Source: Azolla caroliniana (taxonomy: Eukaryota > Plantae > Polypodiophyta). Taken from it: DNA of 64,000 nt. A program made the translations under genes and the position numbers. The notes under the pieces were generated by a model. The model did not search any database. It was not told the origin of the DNA and saw nothing but the letters and a program-made list of their open reading frames with translations. Of the stretch, positions 14,341 through 25,502 are shown piece after piece. Location of the stretch: the NCBI GenBank assembly GCA_043228905.1, contig JBHGNT010000010.1, positions 8,494,001-8,558,000 of the forward strand. The letters are read 5' to 3'. Position 1 is the first letter of the stretch. Each line of letters starts with the position of its first letter.

Positions 14341-14365
14341 ACGTGTTCGATCCACGTTCACCGCA
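14293..14365 (+). tRNA. tRNA-Phe(GAA), T8>G variant
   Basis: Single substitution in the A box. Confidence 0.7.
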
Positions 14366-14538
14366 AAAGGCAACAAACACTTTCGAGAGACACATTTGCA
14401 GGCATTATTTTACGAGGAATCTACGAATAAACTTAACATATAAACATATTCTCAATTGGACCGTGAAGTCGAAACAAGGAGTGCGGACGGTAGGCAATCG
14501 GTGGGTGCAATATGTAAGATGTAGAGTTATAGAGAAAA

Positions 14539-14657
14539 GGTTTAGGGTTTAGGAATTAGGGTTTGAGTTTTGGTTTAGGTTTAGGGTTAGGGTTAGGGTT
14601 TAAGAGTTAGGGTTTAGTGTTTGTTTTGGGCTTAGGGTTTAGAGGGTAAAAGGGTTT
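14539..14657 (+). repeat. Degenerate telomere-like repeats (TTTAGGG/TTAGGG mix)
   Basis: GGTTTAGGGTTTAGG...TTAGGGTTAGGGTTAGGGTTT... Confidence 0.8.
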
Positions 14658-14938
14658 ACGATTAAGTGCAAGAGGGGATAAAAGTGAAAAGAAACACCAA
14701 GAATAATTTGAGCACACCCAAATCATTTGACAAACTTGGTGTAAGTGAGGCATAATAAGAGATAGAGGAATGGGAGGGAGAGAGAGAGAGAGAGAGACGA
14801 GGGATTAATCACTAACATTATAATTAGTAACAAGGTAAAACATAACCATAAGCTAAATAGTCTAGATTAGAGAGAGGGAGAGATTAAGAAGGAGACTAAT
14901 TTTCATTAAGAAAAAGGAAAAATTACAATACGATGGGT

Positions 14939-14999
14939 AATGGTCATGAGCAAACTAATTTCGCCCCCTACGGGGCTCATCAGTGCTACCATGACCATT
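14939..14999 (-). ncRNA. Type I hammerhead ribozyme (minimal stem III)
   Basis: Minus strand: AATGGTCATG-GT-AGCA CTGATGA GCCCC-GTAG-GGGGC GAAA TTAG TT^TGCT-CATGACCATT; both core boxes, stem II and a long bulged stem I are present. Confidence 0.85.
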
Positions 15000-15701
15000 T
15001 GGGGTGGATAGGTTTATATAGGGAGTTTTCGGAGTGGCTTTAGAGAAATGACAATAGGGAGTGGGGTTGTGCTTATGGATGTGATTGAAAGGGGTGGAAA
15101 GATTTGGAGAAGAAGGAAGAGGATTTTATGGTCTTTAATGTGATAAGGGGAAGGCTTTGGTATGAGGTTATATTGTAAAAGGAGGGATAAGAAGAAAAGG
15201 GAGAGGTTAGGATATAAAATGTAAAAAGTGAGGAAATATAAGGGGCATTAAGAGAGAGGGGGAAACAAGGCTCACGTGAGATGATGAGAAGGGAAGGAGA
15301 GAGAGAGAGAGAGAATGAGTAGACATAAGGGGAGTGAGTAGATCTAGGAGGAGAGAGAGTGGGAAAACGTGAAAAAATTAAGAGAGAGCAAAAGGGGAGA
15401 GAGAGGAGAGAGATGTGTGTGTAAACTAGAAAAAGTAAGAGAGAGAAAGGAAAGAGGAGAGAGGTAAGGGAGAGAGACATGTGTGGGAAAAATAAAGGGG
15501 AAGGCTATAGATTTAGGAGGAGGAGGGGAGGGGTAGGGTAAGAAAAAGTAGAACATGGGTGAGGGTAGAAATATAAAATAGAAAGGTGGAGAAAGAGTAA
15601 AAAGAAAACGAAGGGACTTACAAAGAGGAGGCTAAGGGTTTAGAAAAAAGGAAGAGGAGGGGTAAGGTAAGCAGAAAAAAGGAAGAGGAGGGGTAAGGTT
15701 T

Positions 15702-18483
15702 AGAAAGAAATTCTTTGTACTAAGATATTAAACTTACTTAGAATTAGTATATTCACTATTATTGTTTTATATGATTGACACTTGATTTTGTACGTCTTAT
15801 GTAAATTTCACACCATTGCTGAAAATCTTCACGACATCGTGAAGATTTCTCTCACGTTACTATGCGTTCATTCAATGAATGGGTCCTAGAAGAAAAGAAA
15901 GCATTATCTGTAGTTGACATGAAAAAAGAGTTTGATAGATTGTATGAACAATTAAATCCAAAAGAAAGAAATTCTTTGTCTTGGCAAAATATGGCTTCAT
16001 TTTTGTAGGCAGTTGACAAGAGATATACAAAAGAATTGGAATTTATGCTTGAAGTACCAAATACCGAGGATGGTATAACTGCAGATTGGAATGAGGTAAC
16101 AAATGCTTTTAATAAATTTATGAAAAGAATGCAAAGGAATGGTGCAATGCTACAAATACCACATGTGGGAATCACAAATCGGCTTGAGCAAAACATTGAA
16201 GTTCAAAGACTTGGTCGAAAAACATCACACGAAATGGTCCATCAACCACAAGAAATGATCAAAACTAAGAGTGAGTCTTTGCTTGATGATTTAGTTCAAA
16301 GTATGAAAGATTAAACAATTAAAGTGGCAAAGCTTGAGAATGGTTAGAGTTCAAGGTCAAGGGAACCATTTAGACCTCGATGCATGTGGTGTGATAGTCT
16401 CAGACATTGATTCCGTGATTGTGCGGAATATAAAGACATCGAAAATCGAGACTTGGTCTATTGGAAAAATGGTAACATTTTGTTAACTGAAACTAGAAGT
16501 CCACTTACAAAGAACTTTGGTGATAGTGGTGTTAAGGTTAAGTTTGAAGAAGCTGAAGCAAAAAAGGCTTCTGCAATGTACTACTCGACAACGACAGGAA
16601 TGTGTCTTGATGACAGGCCATGTCGATCATCACTCTGGGAGAAGGTTGTAAGTTCCACACAAAAGCAAAAGCTGAAGATGGAAGACCTTCGTGTTGCCAG
16701 AGATTTTGTAAGCAAAAATATTGGATGGGATGTTCCGGTAGATGCTATGACAATCTATGCTCAGATGGCAAAACACCGAGACCATGAAGTGATAATGGAA
16801 GAAAAAAGGAAAAGTCGGATGATGAGATTGGCCTTACAAAGAAGCATTAAACAAGAGAAAGCAAAAGAAAAAAGAGATGGATGCAAAAGTCGATAAAGGT
16901 AAATCTGGTCCTTCATTCAAATTAATGTTTGATATTGAAAAGGATACAGATTAAAGAAAATTTTAGAAACAAGAATACTAGACAGTCTAGTAGAATTTAC
17001 ACTAAGAGAAGTATTAGGTATTGCAAAAAAGGAATTTCATAATGAAATAATTGATATTTGTGCGAAGACAGAAGCAAGTAAATGAGCAGGTTAAAGAGAC
17101 AAATCCGAGGGTGGATATGAAGTGGTGAGCAACGAGTCGAACAATATCATTGTTGACTCTCAGCATGCATAACCTCAATGATAAGTTCAACATATACAAG
17201 AAGGCACTACTCTCACAAATGTTGTGCAAGAGCCACTACTGAGCATCATGTGAAGATTGGAAATGTTCCAGACCCGGTGATGGCACTTATTGATCATGGT
17301 TCTGAAATAATTATAATGAGTGCTGATTTTTACAAGAAAGGTAGATGGCCAATGTATACTCAGCATGGTTGGTGAGTAAAAGCAGCCACATTAGTCAGTG
17401 AAGATTTATTTGGTGTATGCCCAAATGTAAAGGTTATTATTGGTGATATAGAGGTAGATCAACATTTCTTTGTGCAAGAAGGATCTACCTATCCAATAAT
17501 CTTGGGGCAACCATACATCGTAGAGGTTTGGATGGAGACCAAAGTCCTTGACAATGGTTCTGCCTATGCAAAGATCAGCAGCCAAGATGGACGACGAACT
17601 GAACAGTTTATAACATTTCGCCCAAATCATGAGAGGAACAAGCAAGAGCTTCGTGATCATTCGATACCAAAAGACTTTGACGATTTTAATAATTAGGTTT
17701 TTGACTAGGACTGTTGCAAATGAGGGTTGCAATAGTCCCATTATTAAAAGACCTTGATGTGGGGCATTACAACATATGAATAAGTCATTTCATGTTTCTG
17801 AAAGTGGTGCTATATGTGTGACTAGGATGTAGGAATGCAAGAGGAACTTGAAAAAGAATGCTAATTTGTTTCAACAAGCATTGAAAGGTAATGGAGTACA
17901 TGAAATGGAAGAGCAGATTCAAAGTGTTATGGAAGAAATTTCTTTTGCAAATACTATAGAAGAGTTAGAAATGTATTTGAAAGAGGATGATGAGAGTGTT
18001 AAAAAGATACATGTAAACTCAATTGATATGTAATACGAGATTGATAGGTATAATTGTAAATATGAAGAAGTAGAAAGTTTATGTAATATAAAATACAAAA
18101 CATTAGATAAAAAGGTTAAACCTGTTGCAGTACCATTACCTATTGGTAACGAAGAGAAGATGAAGGCAGCAACAACCAAGCCTATGCTTTGACTAATACA
18201 AAAGATCGGACATCACTTCACTTCGGACACAATAAATAACTTGAGAATCGGAGGGGATGAATTTCTTCTGCAATCAGATATCGCGACTTTCAAAGAAATG
18301 ATCTTTAGGCATGCGAAAACGTTTGCATTCAAATCTGAGGAGATTGGTTGTGTAGATCCAAACGTGGTGATGCCAATGGTAATATTATTATCCCTCATAT
18401 TCCTTGGAATTTTAAACCTATTGTAGTATGGAGAGCTCGATTGCTTCAGTTGTTGGAGCTGCTAAAGGATTATGTCAAGATAA
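15702..18483 (+). mobile_element. Degenerate Ty3/Gypsy gag-protease-pol remnant (copy B)
   Basis: Paralog of 635-3400. Confidence 0.7.
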
Positions 18484-21428
18484 AGGACCGACGCAGACAG
18501 CTACATTCGGCGGATGCCGATATTACGTGCTCTTCATCGACGACTTTTCTGGGCACACTTGGATCTACCCGATGCGGAAAAAGAGCGAAGTGTTCGGACA
18601 CTTCCAAAATTTTAAGAATGAAGTCGAGAAAGCCACGGGCCGACATGTACGATGCCTTCGATCGGATGGCGGCAAGGAGTACTTCTCAGACGATTTCACG
18701 GCGTATCTCCAAAAGGAAGGAACTCGGTGATAATTCACTTGCCGACACAGTCCGCAACAAAACGGAGTAGCCGAGCACAAAAATCGGCACATCCTCGAAG
18801 TAGCGTGGGCCATGATGAACGAGAAGCATATGCCCAAGTCATATTGGGCCGAAGCTGCAAATACGGCCGTCTACCTAATGAACTGGTGCACAACATCCGG
18901 CGTGCACGAGGTCACTCTGCACGAAAAATACTTCGGAAAGAAGTCGGACTTATTGCACACCTGGATATTCGGTGCAATAGCGTACGTGCACATCCCCGAC
19001 GAGAAGCGTCAAAAGCTTGACCCGAAGTCGGAGAAATGTATCCTCGTGGGATACTCACTGGAGCAAAAGGGGTACAAGTGCTACAACCCCTTAACTCGAA
19101 AATCTCGAGTAAGTCGAGACGTCGTCTTTGACGAGTCCACATCCTAGTACGCACCAGAGACAACTTCGACTCCGATGGACCTGGAATCTGCTGAACAAGA
19201 GATAGAGGATGAAGATCGCCATACGTGCATGATCGAAGAAAGTTCGATCATGACCTGACTGAGCAGACCACAAGAGCCTTTCAGCGATCAAAGCACATCA
19301 GGGCCTAGCCTGAAGATGGACAAAGGCAAGGCGAAAATGGCGGAATACGCAGACGATTGCTTTGACGACGGTGAGTAGACACACTCACTCGACAGTGAGT
19401 TCGGCGGTTTTGAGTTACCAATCAGAGCTAAGAAAGCCCTCATCTCTCCAAATGAAAAGCTTTGCCAATCCACACGTGAAAAGAACCCCGTAAGCCGATT
19501 CGGCTACAACGATTATATGGCGTACCATTACGCCTTCATGATGAAGGTAGCGACAGTACGGGAGCTGGAAACCTTTTCCGAAGCCGCGAAGGACCCGCGA
19601 TGGATCAAAGCAATGAACGAGGAGATGCAGGCACTTCGGAAGAACGAGACGTGGGATCTCGTTCCCACCTCACCACACAAAAAGGCGATTGGATGCAGAT
19701 GGATTTACAAAGTGAAGTACAACACCGACGGTTTCGTCAACCGCTACAAAGCGCGACTCGTAGCGAAAGGCTACACACAAACGCACGGAGTTGACTATGA
19801 AAAGACCTTTGCCCTGGTGGCAAAGATGACGACGGTGCAGACCGTAATTGCACTTGCCGCGGCGAAAGGGTGGCACCTCCATCAAATGGACGTCAAGAAC
19901 GCCTTTCTACAAGGTGAATTAGAAGAGGAGGTGTACATGATATAACCACCCGAGTTCAACTCGAGCACCCATCCGAAAGCTGTATGCCGACTCAAGAAGC
20001 CACTCTATGGCCTCAAGGAAGCACCGCGTGCTTGGCATTTAAAGATAACACAATATCTTCATCAAATCGGCTTCCGTATGTCAAAATCGGACAACTCCCT
20101 TTACATCCAAACCGATTCCGCAAGTCCGATCGTCATCATCTTATATGTGGATGACCTAGTCATTGGAGGTGAGCATCTCGTCGAAATCAATAAGGTCAAA
20201 TCCCTCCTTTCCGACAAGTTCGAGATGACGGACATGAAGGAGCTTTCCTCGGCATCGAGGTAATTCGGACTCCGGCCGGAATCCTAATCTCTCAACGACA
20301 CTACATCCTCAACTTGTTATACAAGTTCGGTATGGCTGAGTGCAAATCCGCGGCAACCCCGCTCGATCGCAATCTCCAACTAGATGCGAACTCCGGCACC
20401 AAAGCATGTGAGCTGACTTAGTATCGGCAACTCATTGGGAGTCTCATGTAACTCACGATCACTCGACCCGATCTCAGTTATCCGGTTGGTCTCCTTAGAC
20501 AATTCATGCAAACACCGCGTGATGCTCACTTGGATTGCGCTAAGCGAGTTCTACGATATGTGAGCGGCACAATGGAGTACAACATCCTCTACAAGACCGT
20601 GATGCCAAGACAACTCGAGGGGTACACAAACGCCGATTGGGCCGGATACAAAGACGATAGAAGGTCAACCTCCGTATTTGTTTGCTCCCTCGGCAACGGA
20701 GCAATATCCTGGAGTAGCAAAAAGCAGCCGACTGTTGGGATTACGGTCCCTCCGGATGGGATGGTCAGATGTCCGCGAAATCGGGACTGAAGACCCGAAC
20801 GAGGAGTACCCGGTTCCGGAGCCGGATGATGAAGACCCGGTTCCGGATCCGGATGATGAAGACCCCGGCTACGGAGCCGGATGATGAAGAACCTAGCTAC
20901 GGAGCCGGATGATGAATGTACCCGGAGCGAGATCCGGATGCGAGGACATATTTGTGAATATGTTTGCCAAGGGCCCTTGAGGCTATATTTGTAAATAGCC
21001 CAAAAGTCATATGTGTATAAATATGACTTAGGGTAAACAGTTTTGTTGTTGTTGCTCATTTTTCTGTTTTCCACTTAGAGGGAGCGAAGTGAGAGCAGCC
21101 GAGAGAGAGAGAGCGAGAGAGAGAGAAAGGAAGAGGTCGACACCTCTGTGTAATACCGCCGCCTGTGGCGAGGACAGTGAGCTCAAGGTCGTCGCCTTGC
21201 AGTTCGCCATTGTACATTCCCTGCGTATAGTGATAGTTGGAGTCTTGCACTCCCGTGGTTTTTCCCGTCTAGGGTTTTCCACGCTAAACCCTGTGCATTC
21301 GAGTCTCTCTCTGTGTTTTCGATTTACTGCTGCATTGATTCGTGTTTCCTCGGTTGTGGCCGAGAGGGGAAGGTTTGGAAAGCGTCAATTTCTAACAATC
21401 TGGTATCAGAGCGACTGCAGTGCAGAAA

Positions 21429-22559
21429 ATGGAAGGCGGCAGCAGCGGGCAGCCGGGGATGATAGTGCTGAATGCGCAGAACTACGCCGACTGCAAGATA
21501 AAGATGGAGGATCTGCTCATTGTTCGGGACCTGTATGAACCGATCGACAGGTCGGAAATACCCAAGGGGGTACTTGAGACGGAATGGAGGCTTCTGAACC
21601 GGAAAGCCGTTGCAACCATTCGGCAATACGTCGACGTGAGCGTTCTACAACATGTGGCGAACGACACCAACACATATGAGATGTGGCAGAAGCTGTCGGG
21701 CCTCTACGAGAGGAAGAATGCATTGAACCGGACCTCCCTGATAAGGAAGATAGTGAACCTCAAGTACCGGGACGGCGAGAGTATGGTGGAACACGTAAGC
21801 ACGTTCATGGGATTCGTGAACCAGCTTGCGGCGATCAAGTTCCCATTGGAGGATGCAATGCAAGCCATCATACTGATGTGTACATTGCCGGAAAGCTCGG
21901 AGAACTTGGTGGTGACTCTCAGCACCTCCTGCACCGAAGATAACTTGTCCCTACAAACGGTAAAGACAAGCATTTTGAACGAAGAAGCGCGTCGGAGAGA
22001 TAAAGAACCGGCCTCCGATCCGAAGATGCTGCTTGCCGAATCGGATCGGGGAAGACAACGGAACCGGAGTCCACAAAGACGGGAGAAGTCGGGGACCCGG
22101 TCGCAGTCAAGAGGAAGGCCCACATGCTTCCACTGTGGGAAGCCGGGGCACTTCCGAAAGAATTGTCGGCATTACCGAAAACACAACGGAGCCGACGACA
22201 CCGATTCGAAGAATTCTTCGGAACGGAACGGTGCTTACCGGGGAGCCACGGACCGGAATGGTTCTGATCGGCGAGGGCAGGACCGGAAAGGAACGACGGC
22301 ACTCGCGGCAAGTGAAGAGGAGATCATGCTCATCACCGAAGAAGGTGAACTAAACATTGCCGGCGACGAGACTACCTGGGTGGTCGATTCCGGAGCGTCG
22401 TTCCACCTGACCCCGGAAAGAAGATACTTCTCATCCTACACAGCCGATGAGCATGGCTGTGTTCGGATGGGAAATGAAGGTACGTGCCGGATTGCCGGCA
22501 TAGGAGACGTGTGGTTGACAACCTCGACCGGATGCAAAATGTTGCTGAAGGATGTCTGA
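21429..22559 (+). CDS. Copia gag + protease (N-terminal part of the polyprotein; premature stop)
   Basis: Zinc knuckle CFHCGKPGHFRKNC, protease WVVDSGASFH; ends LKDV* where LKDVRHVP is expected. Confidence 0.9.
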   Translation: MEGGSSGQPGMIVLNAQNYADCKIKMEDLLIVRDLYEPIDRSEIPKGVLETEWRLLNRKAVATIRQYVDVSVLQHVANDTNTYEMWQKLSGLYERKNALNRTSLIRKIVNLKYRDGESMVEHVSTFMGFVNQLAAIKFPLEDAMQAIILMCTLPESSENLVVTLSTSCTEDNLSLQTVKTSILNEEARRRDKEPASDPKMLLAESDRGRQRNRSPQRREKSGTRSQSRGRPTCFHCGKPGHFRKNCRHYRKHNGADDTDSKNSSERNGAYRGATDRNGSDRRGQDRKGTTALAASEEEIMLITEEGELNIAGDETTWVVDSGASFHLTPERRYFSSYTADEHGCVRMGNEGTCRIAGIGDVWLTTSTGCKMLLKDV

Positions 22560-22577
22560 CACGTTCCGGAGGTTCGA

Positions 22578-25502
22578 TTGAACCTGATTTCGGCCGGGAG
22601 GCTAGACGATGAAGGCTACACAGGTAGCATCCGGAACTGCGTAATGAAGTTCAGCAAGGGGAGCCTGATAGTGGCTCGGGCCCGGAAAGTCAACACACTG
22701 TACCTTATGAATGCCTGGTTGTGTCCGGAGGAGTTGAACGTGGCAGCCGACACTACCGGTGAGCTGTGGCACAAGAGACTGTGCCACATGAGTGAGAAGG
22801 GGATGAAGAGGCTTGCAGAAGACAACCTTATTCCAGTGAAGCATGTGCACCTGGAGAAGTGCACCGACTGCTTGGCCGGTAAGCAGAACCGAACCTCCTT
22901 CCACTCAAGGCCACCGACGAGACGTAGCGCACCATTGGAGTTGGTGCACACTGACGTGTATCAAGTAGAAACGAAGTCACATGGCGGAGCCCAGTACTTC
23001 GTGACATTCATTGATGACCACAGCCAGAAGCTGTGGACGACACCGTTGAAGACAAAGGACCAAGTGTTGTGCGTCTTCAAAGAACTCCACGCGAGAGTGG
23101 AAAGGGAATCCGGCAAGAAGCTGAAAGCGATACGAGCGGATAACGGAGGGGAATACCGGGGGCAGTTCGAGGAGTACTGTCGCTCGAAGGGAATCCGGCT
23201 CGAGTTTACTGTGCCGAAGACGCCGGAACTGAACGGGCTGGCTGAGAGGATGAACCGGACCATAATGGAGAGGGTCCGGAGTATGCTGGCGCATGCGAAA
23301 TTACCCAAGGGGTTTTGGGCTGAGGCAATGTCGACGGCGACATACGTGATAAACAGATCACCCTCAGTACCTTTGGACGGAGACACGCCGCAGAGAGTGT
23401 GGACCGGTAGGGAAGTATCCTACCGGCATCTGAAGGTGTTCGGGTGTCTCGCATATGTGCATGTGGCAAAGGACCGGAGAGGAAAGCTAGATCCAAAGAC
23501 CCGGCCATGCATATTCCTCGGTTACGGCAATGACGAGTTCGGCTACCGAGTATGGGACCCGGTCGACAAAAAGATATTCCGGAGTCGTGATATCATCTTC
23601 ATGGAGGACAAGACACTCGCCGACTGGGAGTCGGAGAAGAAGATGAAGAGCTCCAAGTCGACCGGTGAGGATCAACTCTACGAGGAGCTGTCCCGACCGG
23701 CAAGGGACCGGTTAGCACTCGAGGATCCGGCCGAAGATGGTGAAGAAACAGAACCGGCCGAGGAAGATGAAACTGATACCGGAACCGGCCCCGATCCCGA
23801 AATGGATTCGGATGAAGAGGAAACGGAGGAGCCGGTTACCGAAGCTCCGGAACGGAGATATCCTCTAAGAGAGAGAAGGGCCCCCCGGAGATTTCCGGAA
23901 CCAGAGCACGTGCTGCTAACCGACGAGGGGGAGCCGGAGAGTTTTGAAGAAGCAAAGCTTGACACCCATAGCCGCAGGTGGTTAAGTGCCATGCAGGAGG
24001 AGATGGATTCCCTGCATGAGAACCACACATATGAACTTGTTGAGTTGCCGAAAGGAAAGCGGGCACTTCGAAACAAGTGGGTGTTCAAGCTGAAACCGGG
24101 AGATGCCGAAAACCCCCCGAGATACAAAGCCAGGATCGTGGTGAAGGGGTTCCAGCAGAAGAAGGGCGTCGACTTCGACGAGATATTTGCCCCGGTAGTG
24201 AAGATGACCTCCATCCGGACGGTGCTGAGCATAGCGGCAAGCATGGACCTCGAGGTAGAACAGATGGACGTGAAGACGGCATTCCTTCACGGTGACCTCG
24301 AAGAAGAGATCTACATGCAGCAACCGGAAGGATTCGAGAAGAAAGGGAAGGAGCACCTGGTATGCCGGTTGAAGAAGAGCCTTTACGGACTGAAGCAGGC
24401 TCCCCGGCAATGGTACTGGAAGTTCGACTCTTTCATGACCGACGAAGGGTACCACAAAACGCAGTCCGATCACTGCGTGTTTGTGAAGAAGTTCAAAGGA
24501 GGAGACTCTCTAATACTCCTCCTGTACGTGGACGACATGTTGATCGTCGGACGGGACCAGGTCAAGGTACGGATGCTGAAGAAAGCGCTTCACCGAACCT
24601 TCTCAATGAAGGACCTGGGTCCGGCGAGGCAAATACTAGGGATGCACATCATCCGGGACCGGAAGAAGAAGCAATTGTGGCTGTCACAGGAGAAGTACGT
24701 GACAAAGGTGCTTCACCGGTTCAACATGTCGGAAGCAAGACCGGTCGGGTCAACTCTCCCGGCCAACTGCAAGTTGTCCAGCAAGCAAAGCCCCAAGACA
24801 AAGGCTGAAAAGGAGGACATGATGAAAGTACCATATGCCTCTGCCATCGGAAGCTTGATGTACGCAATGGTGTGTACAAGACCGGACATAGGATATGCAG
24901 TCGGAGTGGTGAGCCGGTACATGAGCAATCCCGGCAAAGAGCACTGGAACGCTGCCAAGTGGATACTCCGATACCTGAAGGGCACGGCAAACGTGTGCCT
25001 CCGATTCGGCTCCGGTAAGCCCGAACTCGACGGCTTTACCGATTCGGATATGTCCGCTGATGCAGATACCAGCCGGTCCACATCAGGGTATGTGATGACG
25101 TATGCAGGGGGAGCTGTTTCGTGGCAGTCGAGGCTGCAGAAGACGGTTGCGTTGTCAACCACGGAGGCGGAGTACATGGCGGCTGTTGAAGCCGGCAAGG
25201 AAATAATATGGATGAAGGACTTCATTAGAGAGCTCGGTATCCGGCAGGAGGAGTACCGACTCTACTGCGACAGTCAGAGTGCCATCCACCTTGCGAAGAA
25301 CGCGGCCTATCACTCCCGGACGAAGCACATCCAGCGAAGATATCACTGGATCCGGGAAAGGATAGAAGACCAGGAGTTCGTGCTGACGAAGATCCACACG
25401 GACGAGAACGGGTCAGATATGCTGACCAAAGTGCTCACACCCGACAAGCTGGAAGCGTGCCGGAAGAGGGTCGGACTGGAAAGACATCCCATGCCGAAGT
25501 GA
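22578..25502 (+). CDS. Copia pol (GAG-pre-integrase, integrase, RT, RNaseH), in frame with gag
   Basis: LWHKRLCH, VHTD..FIDD..RADNGGEY..NGLAERMN, YKARIVVKG, LYVDDML, ALSTTEAEY, HSRTKHI. Confidence 0.95.
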   Translation: MNLISAGRLDDEGYTGSIRNCVMKFSKGSLIVARARKVNTLYLMNAWLCPEELNVAADTTGELWHKRLCHMSEKGMKRLAEDNLIPVKHVHLEKCTDCLAGKQNRTSFHSRPPTRRSAPLELVHTDVYQVETKSHGGAQYFVTFIDDHSQKLWTTPLKTKDQVLCVFKELHARVERESGKKLKAIRADNGGEYRGQFEEYCRSKGIRLEFTVPKTPELNGLAERMNRTIMERVRSMLAHAKLPKGFWAEAMSTATYVINRSPSVPLDGDTPQRVWTGREVSYRHLKVFGCLAYVHVAKDRRGKLDPKTRPCIFLGYGNDEFGYRVWDPVDKKIFRSRDIIFMEDKTLADWESEKKMKSSKSTGEDQLYEELSRPARDRLALEDPAEDGEETEPAEEDETDTGTGPDPEMDSDEEETEEPVTEAPERRYPLRERRAPRRFPEPEHVLLTDEGEPESFEEAKLDTHSRRWLSAMQEEMDSLHENHTYELVELPKGKRALRNKWVFKLKPGDAENPPRYKARIVVKGFQQKKGVDFDEIFAPVVKMTSIRTVLSIAASMDLEVEQMDVKTAFLHGDLEEEIYMQQPEGFEKKGKEHLVCRLKKSLYGLKQAPRQWYWKFDSFMTDEGYHKTQSDHCVFVKKFKGGDSLILLLYVDDMLIVGRDQVKVRMLKKALHRTFSMKDLGPARQILGMHIIRDRKKKQLWLSQEKYVTKVLHRFNMSEARPVGSTLPANCKLSSKQSPKTKAEKEDMMKVPYASAIGSLMYAMVCTRPDIGYAVGVVSRYMSNPGKEHWNAAKWILRYLKGTANVCLRFGSGKPELDGFTDSDMSADADTSRSTSGYVMTYAGGAVSWQSRLQKTVALSTTEAEYMAAVEAGKEIIWMKDFIRELGIRQEEYRLYCDSQSAIHLAKNAAYHSRTKHIQRRYHWIRERIEDQEFVLTKIHTDENGSDMLTKVLTPDKLEACRKRVGLERHPMPK

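Larger units (their letters stand above)
9067..14447 (+). repeat. tRNA-Phe satellite block 1 (9 tRNA-bearing units, mostly ~605 bp)
   Basis: tRNA starts at 9524, ~10087, 10646, 11252, 11856, 12479, 13083, 13688 and 14293 with conserved spacers. Confidence 0.95.
14444..15701 (-). mobile_element. Non-coding purine-skewed element with hammerhead ribozyme and telomere-like repeats (putative Penelope-like remnant), copy 1
   Basis: Near-identical to 32326-33254 over ~900 bp; contains HHR 14939-14999 and a TTTAGGG/TTAGGG-like tract. Confidence 0.6.

Noticed and set aside
14539-14657. True telomere or chromosome-fusion site
   Set aside because: Short, degenerate and duplicated as part of a dispersed element at ~32421
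15073-15556. Leu/Ser/Phe-rich ORFs in the hammerhead element
   Set aside because: Low-complexity translation of a pyrimidine-rich strand; no RT or GIY-YIG motifs seen
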